Source of the DNA: Octopus vulgaris
Taxonomy: Eukaryota
Direction: 5' to 3'
Length of the DNA stretch: 64,000 nt
Assembly (NCBI GenBank): GCA_951406725.2
Contig: OX597814.1
Span: 174,158,001-174,222,000, forward strand
A program made the position numbers and the translations under genes. A model generated the notes under the pieces. It was not told the origin of the DNA. It ran no database searches and worked only from the letters and a program-made list of their open reading frames with translations. Of this stretch, positions 55,701 through 63,102 are shown one piece after another (position 1 is the stretch's first letter; every line of letters begins with the position of its first letter).

Positions 55701-56389
55701 TAAATAACGAACACGTAGCTGATGTTGAATCTAAAATTCGACCGAAAAACAAACCAAAGCACTTAGATGCGTCTTTATTTTCGAAGTCTTACACGAGTTA
55801 TTCATTTGCCAACCATGCAAACCAATGTATGCATTCCAAATTAACATTAATTAAAATGGAAATAACTATTCTAAAAACTAATAAGACAAATTCTTGAATA
55901 ACAAAAGAAACTTTCATTATCACAATATGAAAAAAGCAAAAGGGAAAAGCTTACCGCAACTTTTTTCTGTCTAGGAACTACAGCAGTTCCATAGAGGACA
56001 GCTTGTAGCCGATAAGATTCGTCAATAAAGAAAAGAATCATCTGCCGACAGCCCCCTTCACGCTCAGGTGTCCAAGAGATATTCAAAGACAATGTTGATT
56101 CAGCTGGTACTTCGAAGTCCATTAACTCCATTTCAAAATGTTCGTCATGTGGAAATTTCTCGACGTGAACAAACTGGTCGAATTCATGGGGGTTTGTAAC
56201 CAGTAACTTTCGATGTATTGTTTTGCCTACTTTAACTTTGCCGAAGCTAATTGTCGGTTTCTTCGTGAAATGCGTCAATAATAAAGTTTCTTCTCTAGCA
56301 ATATCTGCATTTGCAACAGGAGAATTGTCATTCCAAGACTTCCGAGATTTTCTCCTACGAGGACTGCTAGAAACAGAAGAATCCATCAT
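3822..56389 (-). CDS. ASPM: ASPM/Asp orthologue, whole gene span: 25 coding exons, ~3223 aa
   Basis: Exons join in consistent phase with canonical splice sites (one GC donor). Recognisable ASPM motifs: [78 protein letters not shown] array, [18 protein letters not shown]. Confidence 0.96.
4600..4845 (+). mobile_element. RTE-clade LINE 3' ORF fragment
   Basis: Translates [28 protein letters not shown], typical of an RTE C-terminus. Confidence 0.65.
4850..5055 (-). mobile_element. RTE-tail repeat (family C) copy
   Basis: (CAT)n TTAACGTCC...GCTGGATGCCCTTCCTAACGCCAACCACTCC core shared with ~20 copies in the window. Confidence 0.85.
5248..5397 (-). CDS. ASPM: ASPM exon 24
   Basis: YAPTIESVY...[25 protein letters not shown]; phase 0-0. 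Confidence 0.93.
5543..6405 (-). mobile_element. Two tandem family C copies (5543-5862, 5875-6405); the second reaches the RTE ORF end
   Basis: Same core; 6330-6400 resembles the 'DLWRYAV' ORF terminus also seen at 62470-62500. Confidence 0.85.
7388..7542 (-). CDS. ASPM: ASPM exon 23 (ARM/HEAT-like)
   Basis: [11 protein letters not shown]...[24 protein letters not shown]; phase 1 to 0. Confidence 0.95.
8141..8735 (+). mobile_element. Non-autonomous mariner element with a nested family C insertion (8285-8635)
   Basis: TA|TTGGGTTGGTGCATAATTATTGCGG ... CCGCAATAATTATGCACCAACCCAA|TA; internal [16 protein letters not shown] matches a mariner C-terminus. Confidence 0.88.
9007..9617. mobile_element. 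Foldback/MITE-like element with ~150-bp inverted arms and an AACCCTAA-like core
   Basis: 9007-9160 is an imperfect reverse complement of 9343-9515. Confidence 0.75.
9690..9872 (-). mobile_element. SINE family B copy
   Basis: Reverse complement of GGCNAGTGAGCTGGCAGAATC...CTGAGTTCAAAT, shared with 15175 and 29386. Confidence 0.75.
9907..10096 (-). CDS. ASPM: ASPM exon 22
   Basis: SCWRGYKVR...KLRQRL...EDKKL...[13 protein letters not shown]; phase 0 to 1. Confidence 0.92.
10370..10645 (+). mobile_element. Family C copy
   Basis: Ends in GGAAAACGGACGTTAAAC(GAT)n. Confidence 0.85.
11463..11654 (-). CDS. ASPM: ASPM exon 21 (IQ)
   Basis: [18 protein letters not shown]...[16 protein letters not shown]...ATLIQ; phase 0-0. 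Confidence 0.9.
13203..13555 (-). mobile_element. tRNA-head CORE-like SINE (family A), diverged
   Basis: GACACTTGCCCAAGGTGCC core; GTTTCAGTCATTTGACTG tail. Confidence 0.8.
13591..13779 (-). CDS. ASPM: ASPM exon 20 (IQ)
   Basis: VPAEYWLLK...[16 protein letters not shown]...AAAIVIQ; phase 0-0. Confidence 0.9.
13976..14202. mobile_element. piggyBac-type MITE (family also at 18537-18755, 33353-33566, ~570-690)
   Basis: TTAA|CCCTTTAGCATT ... AATGCTAAAGG|TTAA termini. Confidence 0.75.
14663..14953 (+). mobile_element. CR1-clade LINE 3' fragment
   Basis: [36 protein letters not shown] followed by a (TTA)n tail. Confidence 0.9.
15175..15592 (+). mobile_element. Two tandem SINE family B copies
   Basis: GTTGGCAGAATCATTA...CTGAGTTCAA...TTGCCTTT...CCCAAAATTGCTG occurs twice. 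Confidence 0.8.
15637..15990 (-). mobile_element. SINE family A
   Basis: A-box TGGCTGTGTGG and B-box GGTTCAATCCC on the minus strand; internal (TA)n. Confidence 0.9.
16281..16346 (-). CDS. ASPM: ASPM exon 19, candidate 66-nt exon
   Basis: tcttttccag|AAA...AAA|gtatga, phase 0-0; [22 protein letters not shown]. No homology support. Confidence 0.55.
16642..17498. repeat. Compound microsatellite, (GAGT)n/GAG grading into (GT)n
   Basis: Directly visible. Confidence 0.98.
17975..18199. mobile_element. Second piggyBac-type MITE family (also 12387-12570, 35037-35264)
   Basis: TTAA|CCCTTT ... AAAGGG|TTAA; shared internal AAAGAATTTAGTAAAATAACTTAGTTATCATTCA. Confidence 0.78.
18212..18293 (-). CDS. 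ASPM: ASPM exon 18 (IQ)
   Basis: [28 protein letters not shown]; phase 2 to 0. Confidence 0.88.
19079..21081 (-). CDS. ASPM: ASPM exon 17 (main IQ array, 26 IQ-like motifs)
   Basis: Repeated [ILM]Qxx[WFVY]R motifs spaced mostly 23 or 27 aa apart; gttttgtag|ATT and AG|gtattt, phase 0 to 2. Confidence 0.95.
22258..24969 (-). CDS. ASPM: ASPM exon 16: 904-aa acidic insert with coding tandem repeat
   Basis: 2712-nt stop-free frame bounded by tttggtttag|ATG and CAG|gtaaat; phase 0-0 fits both neighbours. More than 300 codons of non-repetitive AT-rich sequence also stay open. Confidence 0.8.
22555..24065 (-). repeat. Coding minisatellite, ~44 units of 33/36 bp ([11 protein letters not shown] / [12 protein letters not shown])
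   Basis: Plus-strand unit CAGAACATGGTCACCGACAGCAGAGTCATTTCG; near-identical in the centre, degenerate at the edges. Confidence 0.97.
25091..25291 (-). CDS. ASPM: ASPM exon 15 (end of CH2 plus first IQ)
   Basis: [29 protein letters not shown]...[12 protein letters not shown]; phase 0-0. Confidence 0.95.
25808..25881 (-). CDS. ASPM: ASPM exon 14
   Basis: [25 protein letters not shown]; phase 1 to 0. Confidence 0.9.
26014..26209 (-). CDS. ASPM: ASPM exon 13 (CH2)
   Basis: [23 protein letters not shown]; phase 0 to 1. Confidence 0.95.
26515..26975 (+). mobile_element. Family C copy with internal ~60-bp repeats
   Basis: Core plus CATGGAAAACGGACGTTAAACG end. Confidence 0.85.
27687..28116 (+). 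mobile_element. SINE family A, full length
   Basis: GGCGCAGGAGTGGCTGTGTGGTAAG head, CACCTTGGGCAAGTGTCTT CORE-like block, AAAAGA tail. Confidence 0.92.
28606..29360 (-). mobile_element. RTE LINE 3' fragment (ORF end plus family C tail)
   Basis: Minus-strand translation [19 protein letters not shown]...[12 protein letters not shown]. Confidence 0.85.
29386..29605 (+). mobile_element. SINE family B
   Basis: GGCGGTGATCTGGCAGAAACGTTAGC...GAGTTCAAATTCC B-box...GTCGACTTTGCCTTTCATCC. Confidence 0.85.
29676..29776 (-). CDS. ASPM: ASPM exon 12 (start of CH2)
   Basis: [34 protein letters not shown]; phase 1 to 0. A second in-frame acceptor would start the exon at 29761. Confidence 0.88.
30674..30785 (-). 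CDS. ASPM: ASPM exon 11
   Basis: [37 protein letters not shown]; donor A|gtaagt, phase 0 to 1. Confidence 0.9.
31321..31403 (-). CDS. ASPM: ASPM exon 10 (end of CH1)
   Basis: [28 protein letters not shown]; phase 1 to 0. Confidence 0.95.
31548..31693 (-). CDS. ASPM: ASPM exon 9 (CH1)
   Basis: [30 protein letters not shown]; phase 2 to 1. Confidence 0.95.
31735..32320 (-). mobile_element. CR1-clade LINE 3' fragment
   Basis: [10 protein letters not shown]...[10 protein letters not shown]...[16 protein letters not shown] with a (TTA)n tail; same family as 14663, 38663 and 58160. Confidence 0.92.
33728..33903 (-). CDS. ASPM: ASPM exon 8 (CH1 region)
   Basis: [24 protein letters not shown]...[19 protein letters not shown]; phase 0 to 2. 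Confidence 0.95.
34718..34848 (-). CDS. ASPM: ASPM exon 7 (ends in a GC donor)
   Basis: [44 protein letters not shown]; donor AAG|gcaagt. Not in the ORF track. Confidence 0.92.
35487..35880 (+). mobile_element. SINE family A, diverged
   Basis: Head and CORE-like block as above; another copy at 36531-36885. Confidence 0.85.
35979..36120 (-). CDS. ASPM: ASPM exon 6
   Basis: MVFGEILL...[19 protein letters not shown]; phase 0 to 1. Confidence 0.95.
36970..37271 (-). CDS. ASPM: ASPM exon 5
   Basis: [12 protein letters not shown]...[25 protein letters not shown]; phase 1 to 0. Confidence 0.95.
38028..38471 (+). mobile_element. SINE family A, full length
   Basis: Near-identical to the copies at 27687, 39912 and 45496. 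Confidence 0.92.
38663..38822 (+). mobile_element. CR1 LINE extreme 3' end
   Basis: Almost identical to 14790-14953. Confidence 0.9.
38989..39135 (-). CDS. ASPM: ASPM exon 4
   Basis: [38 protein letters not shown]; phase 1-1. Confidence 0.95.
39245..39588 (+). mobile_element. Family C copy
   Basis: Core plus (GAT)n tail. Confidence 0.85.
39912..40345 (+). mobile_element. SINE family A, full length
   Basis: Same head, CORE-like block and tail as 27687. Confidence 0.92.
40655..40738 (-). CDS. ASPM: ASPM exon 3
   Basis: (Q)[27 protein letters not shown]; ttacag|AA and G|gtaagt, phase 1-1. Confidence 0.85.
41006..41230. mobile_element. hAT-type MITE nested in a reverse SINE A (40930-41540)
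   Basis: AAGTGGTTCACAACC ... GGTTGAAAAGACTG termini; 8-bp TSD GTTTAGTC at 40998-41005 and 41231-41238. Confidence 0.8.
41831..42264 (+). mobile_element. RTE (BovB-like) LINE, 5'-truncated, with a 13-bp TSD
   Basis: [24 protein letters not shown]...YFGHIMRR...[14 protein letters not shown]; (GATA)n tail; TSD TACACTCTAGAGT at 41818-41830 and 42265-42277. Confidence 0.93.
42607..43065 (-). mobile_element. Family C copy
   Basis: Core plus internal repeats. Confidence 0.85.
43715..44254 (+). mobile_element. CR1-clade LINE 3' fragment (second subfamily)
   Basis: CRPILEYG...[10 protein letters not shown]...[14 protein letters not shown]...LRGHSEKL...WNKLP; (AACT)n tail. Confidence 0.92.
44917..45442. 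mobile_element. Two oppositely oriented family C copies (44917-45063 minus, 45088-45442 plus)
   Basis: Core present in both orientations. Confidence 0.85.
45496..45900 (+). mobile_element. SINE family A
   Basis: Same head, CORE-like block and tail as 27687. Confidence 0.92.
46212..46606 (-). mobile_element. SINE family A, inverted relative to 45496 and 46770-47090
   Basis: Reverse complement of the same consensus. Confidence 0.92.
47117..48410 (-). CDS. ASPM: ASPM exon 2 (large S/T/P/K-rich disordered region)
   Basis: Lies in the 472-aa ORF; acceptor tttctttcag|GTC, donor ACT C|gtgagt, phase 0 to 1. Confidence 0.88.
49790..50830 (-). mobile_element. Gypsy/Ty3 LTR-retrotransposon pol remnant (RNase H, integrase)
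   Basis: [18 protein letters not shown]...LQTDHRPL; [11 protein letters not shown]...YWP; [11 protein letters not shown]; frameshifted. Confidence 0.88.
52596..52726. mobile_element. Tc1/mariner-type MITE inside (TA)n
   Basis: CAGGATGTCCCAAAAAAATGTATACA ... TGTATACATTTTTTGGGGACACCCTG TIRs. Confidence 0.75.
52786..52961. mobile_element. MITE-like hairpin with ~50-bp near-perfect TIRs
   Basis: ATGTATCAAATGAAATAAATGAAAAACAGGGCGCAAAGGATTTTGCGGTAC and its reverse complement. Confidence 0.8.
54870..55409. repeat. 51-bp minisatellite, ~10.5 copies, ASPM intron 1
   Basis: Unit GCAGAGACAAAAACGCCAGGGCCTTTCGCTAAAACCCAAGAAGCGGACTAG. Confidence 0.97.
55955..56389 (-). CDS. ASPM: ASPM exon 1 (start codon, ASH domain)
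   Basis: MMDSS...[20 protein letters not shown]...[17 protein letters not shown]; donor GCG|gtaagc, phase 0. Confidence 0.92.
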
Positions 56390-56594
56390 TTTGCCGATTC
56401 AAATAGTTATATGGTAATTCAAATAATTTTTTTTTTTATGTATAACAATCAATACTCATTAACAAGGAAAATAAATTGACACGCACTAAAATTAATCCAA
56501 AGTAATTACGGCGAGAATAATACTATATTACTAGGAACAATACTATGCAAGCATGTTTTGCGTAAGGACCATGCTAAATTTATATTTGTTGCCG

Positions 56595-56637
56595 TTTGAA
56601 TAACAATTTTCAAATTACCGCCACAGTAACCAATCAG
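56595..56637 (-). promoter_or_regulatory. ASPM promoter: NF-Y CCAAT box plus CDE/CHR-like module
   Basis: AACCAATCAG at 56628-56637; minus strand TGGCGGTAATTTGAA at 56623-56609; a second TTTGAA at 56595-56600; ~210-250 bp upstream of the ATG. Confidence 0.65.
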
Positions 56638-58521
56638 AAGGAGGCATAGCTTTAAAAACCTGGATTATTCCAAACGAATTATATTAATCCAACGAAATGA
56701 AAACATTCTTTATATATATTTTTTTCTGGTAAAACGTAAATTGGATCCATAATTTAAGGAATTTATTAAAAGTAAATATTCAAATATTTAATCATTTAGT
56801 ATTTTTAAAGCTGAAAACTGATTAATATATTTTGGATAGATAAATATTAAACAACGAAAATGACCGTTGCCTGCAACTGAAATTTCGTGTTTTTGAACTA
56901 CTTATATATTTTGAAAATATAAACAAACCGAATTTAAGTCATCTGCAATAAAAATAAATCAACATTTATTTAGGCAGCAAAACAAAGAAAGAGACTCGTC
57001 AGTAGCTACTGATCACTAATGAACATATTTTAATTGTTTATTTACTGAAAATTTTAAAAAATGATTCATCATTTTATTTGAGATGTTTTAGTAGGCAAAT
57101 AAACAACTCTTTTTTTTTTACGGTTATTTTGTATCTTGTTTTGAATCCACCTTACGCCGAGATCGAATTAGGCTTTCGTATATGCGGGTATGAAAATACT
57201 CTCAATTATTCAGTTAACTATACTTTTAACACTACAAAAGCTGGAAACTAGAATAATGTATCAGAAAAAAGTGAATAACATTCCTAAAATTAAATAGAAT
57301 TTCCAGTAATAATCCTGCTCGAAACAGACTTTGCCTCTCACGACACACGAACTAATTTTGATTTAATTTATAAACATATATCTTGTGTCTTGTGAAAAGA
57401 AACATTTAATAATCTATCCGTTTAATTGCTACCAGGGCTTAGTCATGCATACAAAGTGTAGTACACAAGGGTTTGCCAGACGTGTGATGCATCTTATTGT
57501 ACTGGGTAGCAAAATTTGATATAATTACAGTTTGGTGTCTCTGCCCCTTATTTCTTCATAACTTTCTTAATTATGTATATTTTCTCATCCTTTCGGGGTC
57601 GATAAATTCGATCTGGCCCCCTTCCACAAAATTTCGGGCCTTGTGCCTAGAGTAGAAAAGAATTATGTATATTTTCTGAAGAAATGTTTTTGAACGTGTA
57701 GATTTATTCAGAATGAAAAGAATATTATTCAAAATATTTTAATAGATTAGAAGAAAGTCTTTCCCTTGTGTCTATCAATTTTATACTGAAATGAATAGAC
57801 GGGTAAAGATCATGGGCAGGTTATGAAACGGAAAGTTATGAATTTCTTTCTGATTTAAAATTAAATTAATTTCATTAAGATTATCGTTATCTGCACATTC
57901 GAAAACACGGTATGAAGAATCATTTTCCATTTACAGCAAGTCATGGGAAGGAGAGATGTCAGCCAAGAAGTTGAAAAATATTTCATTACTTTTAAGGGAA
58001 CGTTTGTGTCACCAACCAAATACATATCAGTGCAGTTTTATGTGATCACAGAGTATGTGTTGAATTCACTATCGCAAAAGTAGTAGTTGATATTTCATTA
58101 TTATTATTATTTTATTATTAATGGTAACCTGACCTTCTTTGCTTTTGTTTATACGCACTTTTGACAAGTTGTGGTGCACCTGAGCACTGTATACAATAAT
58201 TTCATTATTATTATTATATTTTTTTTTTTATATGACACCGCTATCATTTGCCCGGTATGAATACTATAGATTACTAATGAGTTATGCAATCTTTGAAGGT
58301 TTAACAAGGCATTTAAATTCTAAGATTTTCTTTGTAAACCCAGCATTTATTCAGTGTTATTGAACTATACATAAGATGAAGTAACAAAATGTATAAACAA
58401 ATTCTCGTGTTTTGTCTTACTTCCTACATGTATCCTGTGATATACACAACTGTAGAAGCCAACTGAATGAGACTCAAGATTATAATACAACTCCTTTTCA
58501 TAGTTTATTTCTCTGGATATA

Positions 58522-59065
58522 TCATCACCACCATCATCATCATTTAACGTCCGCTTTCCATGCTAGCATGGGTTGGACGATTTTGACTGAGGGCCGGCGA
58601 ACTAGATGGCTGCACCAGGCTCCAATCTTGATCTGGCAGAGTTTCTACAGCTGGATGCCCTTCCTAAAGCCAACCACTCCGAGAGTGTAGTGAGTGCTTT
58701 TTACGTGCCACCGGCACGGGGGCCAGTCAGTCGGTACTGGCAACGACCTCGCTCGAATCTTTGTACACACGTCACCAACACAGGTACCAGTAAGGCGACA
58801 TTGGTAACGATCACACTCGAATGGTGCCCTTTTACGTGCCACCTGCACAGAAGCCAGTTGGCTGCTCTGGCAACGATCACACTCAGATGGTGCTCTTGGC
58901 ACCCTACTAGCATGGGCACAATGCCAGTAAGGCGACGCTGGTAACGATCACACTCGAATGATACCTTTTATGTGCCACTGGCATGGAAGCCGGTTAGCCG
59001 CTCTACCAACGATCACGCTCGTATGGTGCTCTTTGCACCCCGCTAGTACGGATGCCAGTCATCAA
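58522..59065 (-). mobile_element. Family C copy with multiple internal repeats
   Basis: Core plus repeated ACGATCACACTC units. Confidence 0.88.
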
Positions 59066-59384
59066 ATGGATGGTCTTTTCTTATTCAATTACAATCTGTA
59101 TCACAATATACAACTGCAAGAGTTTGAGGACACAGAAACAAACTCCAAAGAAAGTATATTAAACAGAGGATTACATATAGTTAAAAAAGTGCCAAGACGA
59201 AAATTTGAAACAGCACCAGTTAAAAAAGAATAATTAGACATTAAAGAATATAGCAATAACAACAGAACAGGCTCTTCAGAAACAATGAAAAGAAATTTTA
59301 CCAACACTTGAACATTGAAAATAAATATCAGCAGTGACGTGACAAATGCTGAAGCAGCAAGGAACTTTTAGTCACATACCTGCA

Positions 59385-59640
59385 AGATGACACTTGTTCT
59401 TGTGGCAATTGGTGCACTTAGCATAATGCACAAAATGCTGCCCAAGAAGCTGAAGTATAATGGAATTGAGACTCATGTTGTTGACTTGCAGGAAAGTGCA
59501 GTTCTGTATTCTGCAAAAATACCGAGAAAGGTTTTTGAGATTTGAGGAGACTTGTCATCACCAAACCTCAAAAAAAATTTCTGCTGACTGATAAGCACGT
59601 TCTACTTTTAATTATAATGCAAACGATGATAATAATGATC
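59385..59640 (+). mobile_element. R4/Dong-like (REL endonuclease) non-LTR 3' fragment
   Basis: LVAIGALSIM...LQESAVLYSAKIPRKVFEI* resembles the PVVIGALG...LQKAAL..TARILRK terminus; ATA/GAT-rich tail. Confidence 0.65.
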
Positions 59641-61189
59641 ATCATCATTTAACATCTATATACCATGCTGGTATGGGTTGAACAGTTTGACAAGATTCCA
59701 TGCTTTGACAGGGATTTTATGGCTGGATGGCCTTCCTAATACCAATTACTTTACAGCATGGGCGAGCTACTTTCTTCGTGGCACCTACACTACTGAGGTC
59801 ACCAAAAATTACAAAATATCTACCTATAATTATAAGTATATCTTGACTTTTAAGTCACATCCATAAGTTGTATGAACTGAGTAAAATATACTGAGATCAA
59901 CAACATAGGAACATGGCCATTGTTTTCATTATTTGCTTTTAAAGACAAGATGAACTCCAAACTGCATTGTTTTTATTTTGCAAAAGTTTAGATTATTGGA
60001 GTTGTCCCTGTTGCTCATGGAATTTCTTTTTAGATTTTAAACATTCCTAGAGGGAGTTTTTGTTGCTGATTTCAAGGACAATAATTGAAGTTTTTCATCT
60101 CATTACATTACATTTATAAGACTTTACTGTATATGAAGTTAGTTTGCAAAACACTCCTTTAGTGTATTTCCTTAGCCTTAGAGTCTACTGCTAATATATA
60201 TTTCCATTTTACTGATCGCCAAAATACAGAAGATTAATTGTTAGACACATGTACTATTTATTGCATTACCTGAAATTATCAAAGAGATTCTTAACAAACT
60301 GTTAAGTAGATAAATACATATTTAATGTTTTAAACAGTTGGAGATCAGTAAATGATCACATACCCGTGAGTTTTTGCACAGTCCATCTGCTAATTATGAA
60401 CATTATGATTATGTAATTCTGAGCTTCCTGAAACAGCTGTCGAGTTGAAATCTTATGCATTCTCTTCTTAGTATTCTATATTTTTTATGTAAATTTATTT
60501 ATCTATATATAGCTATATAAATGTCTATATGCTTGTACATATGTGTTTATCTTAACATAGCTAGTTATATGCATCCCTATATGTCTTTGTATATACCTAT
60601 GAGTATCTATGTGTATACATTTATATATATATTAAGACTAATCATGTTTATCTGCCTTCCTATCTACACAAACACAGACACACCATATGTATGTATGTTT
60701 CATGATTATATTTTTTTCAAATTGTAGACTACTTTGATCCTAACTGAAACACTGAGAAGAGGCCTTTGGCTCAGGAGAAAGTGTAGTTTTTAAATGTTTA
60801 CAATTTATCTAAGTTTGTGTTAGAGCAAAATTATTGACCATGTCCCAAAATTTGTAGTCTTACTTTACAATTTCTGTAAGTGCAAAGTCCCATAACCTGA
60901 GGTAGGCAAGTTTCTAAATTTATCTCATCAGTGCTGGCACCAGCACCCAATACACTTTGTTAGGTGGTCAGCATTAGGAAGGGTATCCAGCCATAAAAGG
61001 CCATGCCAAAGCAAACATAAGTTCTCTGGTTAGTGTGCTCCTGTCACACTGTCCAACCTATCCCAGCATGGAAAACAGAAATTAAACATGATGATATATT
61101 CCAGGAGTGACAAATTTGTTGAAACAAAATGTATTTTGTTGGACTAACAATTATGGATTAAAAAATGTGTGTGTTTGTAGGTATGTATG

Positions 61190-62000
61190 TATACAAGGTG
61201 TTTGGGCTAAATTTGATAGTTTGAATAAAAGGAAAAGAAAACACAATACCCAACCCCTGCAAAAAAAAAAAAAAGCATTTTTAAAAAATCAAAAAATATC
61301 AATTAGATTATGGCTGGGAGATAATTTACTCAAAGTAGCTGCCTTCAGCTTCCACCACAACCTCAAAATGCCCCCAGAACCAAGCACGTGCAATCCTCAC
61401 TGTGTCCCTGAGATTTTCAAACACCTCTTGATCTTGGCCATCACCTCAGCCTTGAGGTTCCAGGCAAAGTGTTTGGTGTCTTTCTCAACCATTCCCCACA
61501 CATAGTAATCCGAGGCCAGAAATTGGGGCAGGTAAAGCATTAAAAATTCTCTGACTACTTCTGGCTCTTTATGGCAGTATAGTAAGGAGTTGAATCCTGC
61601 TGTCACACATATAGCCTTCCAGCAGCAAACCCCTCCAGCTAGGGATTGACTACAGTCTCCAGCAGCTTCACATAGCCATATCAATTGAGCCTAAAGCCCT
61701 GTTCATCAGTTGGAAGATTTCCAGTATTCGAACATAGTCAGAATGCTTGTTGTGCCCCTTCCTACTCACTGTCACCTCATAGTCTCTGTTGCAGCTGTCC
61801 ATGTCGCTTCTTACAGCCTCTAGTGTTTATAGAGAATTGGGCAGCAATCACGATGTCAGCATTTTGATACCTGGCATGAACATGAATCATAATCACTAAC
61901 GTAGCTAGAGTGTGTACTAGGGAGTAACATGAAATCTTTACACCTGCGCAGCCTTTCTGTTTGCCACCCCCAGACCCCACAAAAAACACATATTGCCTAC
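61190..62000 (-). mobile_element. Degenerate Tc1/mariner-superfamily transposon
   Basis: DYYVWGMVEKDT (NPLDY.VWG-like) and C-terminal VVEAEGSYFE*. Confidence 0.65.
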
Positions 62001-62369
62001 AACAGACCCAAAAGTGGTGCCCCTTTAAAAGTGCAGCACGGAGCAGACGCCCACTCCTCCAGCTACGTTAGTGATCATAATGAAACAGGCAACTCTTTTC
62101 CAGTATTCAGATGGCTACCAGTCCTCCGTGTCAGCCTTTTCTCAACTTTAATCTTTATGCTCTCCAACGGTGCAGATTGTTCACCAATACACCAAGTTGT
62201 CCCTTAATAAAGGGCACATAAAAAAGCCTGAAAACTCTGGGTAATATATATATATATATAATACAATACAATTGTTCGTTTGTTTTCCACCTGCCTTCGT
62301 CTTTTGTTTATTTTCATAAAGCTTCCCGTTATATATATATATATATACTTTTATAGTGCCACACCCTAG

Positions 62370-63102
62370 CAGTTGAGGGAACCTGTGGAAGAGGTAGACC
62401 CAGGAAGACCTGGGATGAGGTGGTGAAGCATGACCTTCAAACATTAGGCCTCACCAAGGCAATGGCAAGTGACTAAGACCTTTGGAAATATGCTGTGCTT
62501 GAGAAGACCCAGCAAGCCAAGTGAGACCATAACCTGTGGCCTATGCCAGTGGTGTAACCAGCCCACTTATGTGAACCTTTCCTTCATTGGACACTAAACT
62601 CTGCTTGCAAAGACCTGTTCAAACAAGTGAAATCAAATTCGAGGACTGGCATCCGTGCTAGTGGAGCGCTAAAAGCACCATCCGAGCAGGATCGTTGCCA
62701 GAGCAGCTGACTGGCTTCTGTGCCAGTGACACATAAAAAGCACCATTCGAGCGTGATCGTTACCAGCGGCGCCTTACTGGCAATTATGCTGGTGGTACAT
62801 GAAAAAACATTCGAACAAGGTCGTTGCCAGTGCCGCTGGACTGGCTCCTGTGCAGGTGGCACATAAAAAGCACCATTGGAGCGTGGGCATTGCCAGTACC
62901 GCCTGACTGGCCCTCGTGCCGGTGGCACATAAAAGCACCCAACACACTCTGGGAGTAGTTGGCTTTAGGAAGGGCATCCAGCTGTAGAAACTCTGCCAGA
63001 TCAGATTGGAGCATGGTGCAGCCATCTATTTCGCCAGTCCTCAGTCAGATCGTCCAACCCATGCTAGCATGGACAGCGGACGTTAAATGATGATGATGAT
63101 GA
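62370..63102 (+). mobile_element. RTE LINE 3' end: ORF terminus plus long 3'UTR (parent structure of family C)
   Basis: [25 protein letters not shown]...DLWKYAV, then tandem ~60-bp units, the GGAAGGGCATCCAGCTGTAGAAAC core and (GAT)n. Confidence 0.88.
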
